A program made the translations under genes and the position numbers. This document shows positions 52,939-55,327 of a DNA stretch of 55,327 nucleotides, one piece after another. The stretch lies in the NCBI GenBank assembly GCA_000320545.1, contig ADNK01001270.1, positions 1 to 55,327 on the forward strand, written 5' to 3'. The DNA comes from Bigelowiella natans CCMP2755. Taxonomy: Eukaryota; Protista; Cercozoa. Below the pieces are notes generated by a model. The model was given only the letters and a program-made list of their open reading frames with translations. It was not told where the DNA came from and did no database searches. The first letter of the stretch is position 1; each line of letters starts with the position of its first letter.

Positions 52939-54206
52939 CAGCACCAAGGGATGTAATGAATCAAAAGGAGAAGATGGTGAAAGGTCTGCTCTCCTCCCGA
53001 TCCGGCGATCGTCGGTTCGCCAGTGACCTTGGGAGGGGACGGGGGACAGAAATGGTTCTGTCCGAGCCTAGTTATTTCAACGCTGAGGAGCTAACAGACC
53101 GCTCCTCCGATGATATTATCGTTAATTATCCTTCCTAAATAATCAACTGTCTAGAGGCTCGGTTGGCCAGAACACAACGGGGTGCAGTAGCCGATACGGT
53201 ATGGGGTGAGTGTCCTGGTCTGGAAGAAGGTGTATGTAAGAACTAACTACCCGAGAAAGAATTATGCTTAAATACAGGCCATTCATTGCCAAGATTCCTA
53301 CCTGACCGCCGTTGCTGTGAGAATTTGCGAAATCCTAGATCGTGCCGCCAAAAATTGTCAGTTGCGACTTCTTGAAGTATAAGGTTTATTCATTGGAAAA
53401 TTGACGGTCCAATTTAGTTTGAAGAGCTTACTAAGAATATCTACGACATGCTTTTTTGTCTCGAATATAGGAAATATCCCGGTTTAAGAAGCATGGTTGT
53501 AGACAAAATGGGTTTGATTTTAATAGATCCTTCTTTCGATAATAAAAAAAACTGTGTAAGAATCTTTTTTCACCAACTACTCTGAAAGCTCTTCAACATT
53601 TTATAGAGACATCGTTTTTTATTTGCCTTCATCACAAATCCCACTGCAGAACAAATATTTCGTGTGTATCATACTGGAATTACGACTAGGAGATCAAACA
53701 AGCTATTTCTGTACGGCTATTAAAGGCCCTGTCTAATCTATGACGTGGCATTTCTCGTTGATTCGTTCAATATTTCATGTCGCATTTTTCTTTCCGAAGT
53801 GCTTAAATTGTGCGTTGAATATAGAGAAATGTAAACGGAAGATAAGAAACCATGTACGATGTAAGTTCGGCAAAATTACCACATATATTTAACTAAATTT
53901 TAGAATGAGTGGGCTTCGATAACGTCGCCAGTTTGTAAATCACCCTAAAAGTCAAGTTTATATATATAATAACTCTGTAATACTGTACGATATCCATGGA
54001 TATCCATGGATATGTATTTCTTTTGGTATCCCACTCACACTCAAAGTTTCTTTTGGTACCCTATGTGAAAAAAGCTAATCGTTTCTCTACTCAAGAACTC
54101 AAGGGAGTATCTCGGAAAAATCTCTCAAGCGGCAGCTTAATACATCCCCGAGGGTCTCGAGAGACTAAACTCTTCTTGCGGTTAAGATTTGCCAACTGCG
54201 TACCCC

Positions 54207-55101
54207 ATGCTCTCGAAGACTCTACTGCGAAACGTGAGTAGAAGAAGTACACCATGGGGGTTTCTAGGGACAAAGTTGTATTAATGCATACTTTCTCTCT
54301 CAGGTGGTTCGACGTACATTCGGACGTCAAATCCGAACCAACATGATCGGCGCGAAAGCTCCCGATTTCACTGCTTCAGCGTGTATGCCGGACAATACTT
54401 TCAAGGATATTTCCCTCAGCGATTTTAAAGGTACTTAAAAGATTTTTTTGTTTTCTCACGGGGGGGATAGGGAAATAAAGCTTTCGTATTGTTGGTTCAA
54501 CATTCGACCATCGTGTGATCAGGTAAACCTGTCGTCCTTTACTTCTACCCTGCGGACTTTACCTTCGTTTGCTCCTCGGAGGTACCCGGCTACTCGAAGC
54601 TCAACCCTGATTTTGAGAAAGCAGGCGCTCAGGTTGTATTTCACATTTGATTTGGGAGTGGGGCAAGGTGAGGAGGCATTCACCGCGCTGTCAGCGCTCT
54701 CTGGAAGTGCAGCAAAATAGAAGAACACATTCTTGCCTTGGCCACTTTTCGTCGCCTTCGAATCAAAGATGAGAAACGGTCATTTAATGCAGTGACATTC
54801 TACACTCAGTTGATCGGTGTCTCTATGGATACTGTGCATGTACACAAGGTAACCAAAATAGGTTGTCATTGGTGCGAGTAACTCAAATATGAACCCAGTC
54901 GCTTCCCTAGTATTATCAATTTCAATGCTTTATCCCTCTCTTTTCTGTCCTGAATGTCCTCCTTCGCCTTCCTCTTGTGGCTTACCTTCGGCTTGTTTCT
55001 TAGGCATGGAAAAATGCTAGCTCAGAACTCGGGGGATTGAGCGGATTCGACATCAACCACCCCATTATCGGTTTGTCATGACAGAAATATTTTTCTCGAC
55101 G

Positions 55102-55138
<37 letters not shown>

Positions 55139-55327
55139 ATTCACTATACAAGATGTAATGGCAAGTAGCGATGACCCACTGACGGTTGCCTAAAATTTTG
55201 CCGCTACTACTATAGGAGACCATGATGGTAAAGTATCAGAAGCATTCGATGTGATCATGAATGGAGATCTCGATAAATTGCCTTGCAGGGCCGTTTTCCT
55301 CATTGACAAGGACGGCACGGTAAGTAA
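54207..55327 (+). CDS. Prx1/AhpC-type peroxiredoxin, probably mitochondrial, runs off the window end
   Basis: Presequence-like MLSKTLLRN|VVRRTFGRQIRTN, then IGAKAPDF, LSDFKG|KPVVLYFYPADFTFVCSSE, LIGVSMD, AWK and RAVFLIDKDG. Confidence 0.92.

Larger units (their letters stand above)
1..55327. repeat. Dense intronic microsatellites: (TA)n, (CA/TG)n, (GA/TC)n, (CAT)n, (TAC)n, (AAG)n, (CAG)n and G/C homopolymers
   Basis: Directly visible in many introns, e.g. 150-180, 464-498, 1560-1677, 35175-35230 and 46700-46795. Confidence 0.95.

Noticed and set aside
150-55135. Similar (~30-40 bp) lengths of many microsatellites as a biological length constraint
   Set aside because: This may be assembly collapse of longer repeats and cannot be judged without reads.

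Overview
Eukaryotic nuclear DNA with intron-rich genes whose introns are packed with microsatellites. A bipartite signal+transit leader on a tocopherol methyltransferase suggests an alga with a secondary plastid; a chlorarachniophyte-like host is an inference. About 13 host genes were reconstructed by hand: BRO1-domain protein, N-acylated tandem-Tudor + DOT1-like methyltransferase, TK-like kinase + Kelch, secreted adenosine deaminase, CFP1/Spp1-like PHD protein, SLC43-like MFS transporter, ankyrin protein, Rit1, VTE4, WD40 protein, SH3-PRMT, FLZ zinc-finger protein and mitochondrial peroxiredoxin. From 10.2 kb onward these genes alternate strand perfectly. The standout signal is that transposon-derived DNA has been almost completely stripped of TpA dinucleotides. 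This affects a 4.8 kb island (a ~335-bp-TIR element carrying a Crinkler-like NTPase/REase ORF and a Ty3/Gypsy remnant) and a separate PIF/Harbinger transposase relic at ~27.6 kb. TA has become TG or CA on both strands, conserved Tyr codons read His/Cys, and almost only TAG/CTA contexts survive, while host genes and intronic (TA)n repeats are untouched. This looks like a RIP-like, repeat-targeted A:T->G:C hypermutation system. Exon boundaries and counts were done by eye and are approximate.
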